Part shown: positions 61,901 to 64,000 of the stretch, in pieces
Layout of the letters: the number at the start of each line of letters is the position of its first letter
Position numbering within the stretch: position 1 is the first letter of the stretch
Assembly (NCBI GenBank): GCA_963833985.1
Contig: CAWIAD010000001.1
Location: 1,536,001 to 1,600,000, forward strand
DNA: 64,000 nucleotides
Direction of reading: 5' to 3'
Origin: an uncultured Planctomycetaceae bacterium
GTDB taxonomy: Bacteria > Planctomycetota > Planctomycetia > Isosphaerales > Isosphaeraceae
Program-made: the position numbers and the translations under genes
Notes under the pieces: generated by a model
What the model saw: only the letters and a program-made list of their open reading frames with translations
Told to the model about the DNA's origin: nothing
The model's database searches: none

Positions 61901-63550
61901 GACGGCCAGCTCGCCGCCGAACAGGTCCACCATCGTCGGCAGCTCGTGGATCCACGACAGGACCGGAACCTGATGCTCGGCGAATGCCGCGTGAAACTCG
62001 CTGACGGCCATTGTGTTGCAGATGGCCAGTCCCCTGCCGGCGTAGGCGGCGAATGCCTCGGCAATCACGCCCGGGAGTTCGCTCCGCGACATCCCGTACT
62101 GGACAAGCTCGCTCATGTCCAGCGTGGGAGCCACACGTGCAAATTCTTTCGCCAGCTCGCCTCCCTGCTGAAGGACAATCCAGCACTCCAGATCCGGCAG
62201 CTTGGTGAACTCCTCCGCCAGGTGCAGCAGGCAGTAGGCGCATCCGGTGCGGCAGGCGGCATGCGAGATGAGCAAGAGTTTGAAGCGCCCCGAGCTTCCC
62301 TTATGCCGCCCGGCCTTCTCGCCGTTGAAACGCCAGCCCAGGCTGGTGAAGGCGGTTTGAGGGTCATCGGCAAGCTTTCCCGGCATGCCGCTGTTCGTCC
62401 CCTTGCTCCCGTCACGGCGCCTGGTCGTTTTGAGCTTGCGCTGGATCTTGGCATGCGCCTTCTGGAAAGCGACACGCATCCCCGAGGCGGCGGAGACGCG
62501 CACGAAGCCAGCAAAGGCGTTCCAGCACTTGCCCGAGAGCCGGCCGTCCCGGAACAGCCGCATCCTCAGGCCGCGTGCCTTCTGCATGAGCGCCCATGCC
62601 GCGCTGCGCTGGAAGCGCTCGATCTCCTCCGTCAGATCGCGATTCTTTTGCTCGATCAGGCTCAACTTGTTGCGCAGGACCACCGTTTCACTACGTCTGC
62701 CCGGAGCCGGAATCTCCGGGCCGTGACCGGCCTGGTCCGGATGAGCGTCCAGGCGCGTCCTTGCCGGACGGTCGGGCTCGCCTAGGTCGGGAATGAGCTC
62801 TTCGGACCCGCCGCTCTGGATGTGTTTCTGAAGGTCATCACGCAGCAGACGGTCGAGCACGGCCTGTCCCAGGTGGGTGTAGGTTCTTCGAATCTCGTCG
62901 CGCAGCCGCGGCTGGAGGCCGGCGTCCAGCAGTGCCCTGACTTGCTCCGGGATCGCCGCGCCCACCCCAACGACTCCCATGCCGTAATCGTGCAGGAACT
63001 CGAAGGTCGGATACTCCCCGGCAAGCTCATCAAAGAACCGTCCGACGCTTGAAGCATGCATGTGATGGTTCGTTCGCTGCACGAGCACGATGCTGGAGTC
63101 GGAAAGCTTTGGCAGCCAGAGATCAAGATCGTCCCGGAGCGCGGGGCCGTTCGGCGCGGGCTGGAAATGGAGCAGGTCAACCGATCCGTCCTCGAACTCA
63201 CAGACCTCCTCCGGGCTGGTTGCATCAATCAATCGGGAGAACTGGCGGAAACACTCGTTGTTCACTTCCTGAGCCTGGCGATCGAGGTGGCTCCCAATCG
63301 GCGCAGCGCGATGCTCGTGGCGGTGAGGCTCCAGGGCGAAGCACCGTGCCTGATGCTCGAGCGACCGGACTGCCTGGCAGCACGCAAAGTATGTGTTCCC
63401 CGGCTTGGCCGTCTGTTCCACGATGACCCGGGGGCGTGCCGCGTCCACCAGCCAGAAGAGGAAAGGGACGTGGCGCAGACCGGAGAGTGGTCGGAAGACA
63501 TGCTCCGGCGTCCAGAACGAGGCGGCGGACAGGTACCGCGAAACATCCAT
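58943..63550 (-). CDS. Multidomain glycosyltransferase: degenerate methyltransferase, coiled coil, GT4, GT2 and degenerate GT4 (frameshifts near 60995, 60350 and 59560)
   Basis: Four overlapping ORFs join into one reading: MT-like N-terminus, GT4 (RKGADLF, SREDPCPIVNLEAM), GT2 (VSVIVPSY, LDDASPD, WIAESDD, IPNASAV) and a C-terminal GT-B-like part (AALARGIPVIAPDAG). Confidence 0.82.
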
Positions 63551-64000
63551 GTTCTACGTTCCCTTCATCCTGTTCGGAAACCGCGGAGCAGTCCTCATCC
63601 AGACTGCCTCGAGCATGGCCCGTTCCCTGGTCCGGGCAAGCCGCCGGATCATCCTGGCTCAGCAGCGCCGTGGCCTTACCTCGAAATCGAATTCTCGATT
63701 TGCTGGAGCAGCCCAGTGACATGACCGAGAATGTGCAGGTTTATACTCCTGGTGTCGACCATGAGTCAAGCTGACTCAAGACCATCGCGAAACCCGCACT
63801 TGCACGCATCATGAAGCTGGCAGCCCGAGTTGAGATCCGTGATCAGGCTTGCTCAGCGACGCATCGCGTATCGGGCGGGTTGCCAGGTGGATCGCATTGC
63901 AGGCACAAATGGCAACTGGACAGCCAACTGGGGTTCCTGGCTTGCCTGGCAGTTGCATGAGACGGGTCGCCCCGGGAAAGTCGAGATGACTCGCCCCCGG

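Noticed and set aside
63762..63778. Palindrome TGAGTCA-agc-TGACTCA upstream of the giant GT
   Set aside because: A single 7-bp inverted repeat can arise by chance in 64 kb; I noticed no second copy or cognate regulator.

Overview
A GC-rich, gene-dense bacterial window. It is most likely from a planctomycete of the Isosphaeraceae type (inferred from a membrane-anchored ECF sigma fusion, an 'LEPRLALS' extracellular motif, DUF1080 proteins and an STK/FHA cluster). About 11 single-base frameshifts split otherwise intact genes, which points to long-read consensus errors; I joined those ORFs. I found no rRNA, tRNA, CRISPR array, IS element or prophage. The window has five blocks. (1) 0.25-10.3 kb: a DPM1-like GT2 coupled to a BshC-like gene, plus two GT-C-type membrane proteins, one with TPRs. 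(2) 10.4-17.3 kb: di-heme cytochrome c peroxidase, ferredoxin, FlK thioesterase, a clan GH-A hydrolase, gamma-carbonic anhydrase and a beta-propeller protein. (3) 17.6-26.4 kb: a signalling cluster with an internally deleted ECF sigma remnant, a zinc-finger Ser/Thr kinase, two secreted helical proteins, a double-FHA protein, an M48 peptidase and an FHA-FHA-ABC2 permease that has no ATPase domain. (4) 29-48 kb: a dispersed RND efflux locus with an adaptor (MFP), an OprO/P porin, two paralogous TolC proteins, a small ORF ending in LRC, the RND permease, a malate dehydrogenase homolog lacking its catalytic His/Asp, a half-size TauE, and an ECF sigma fused to a paralogous MFP. (5) 49-63.5 kb: a surface-glycan locus with AlgI/AlgJ-type O-acetylation, several methyltransferases, a decayed sulfotransferase, a GH99-like/WbsX protein and a large multi-GT protein whose methyltransferase domain looks dead. 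The best candidates for an undescribed system are block 4, then block 3.
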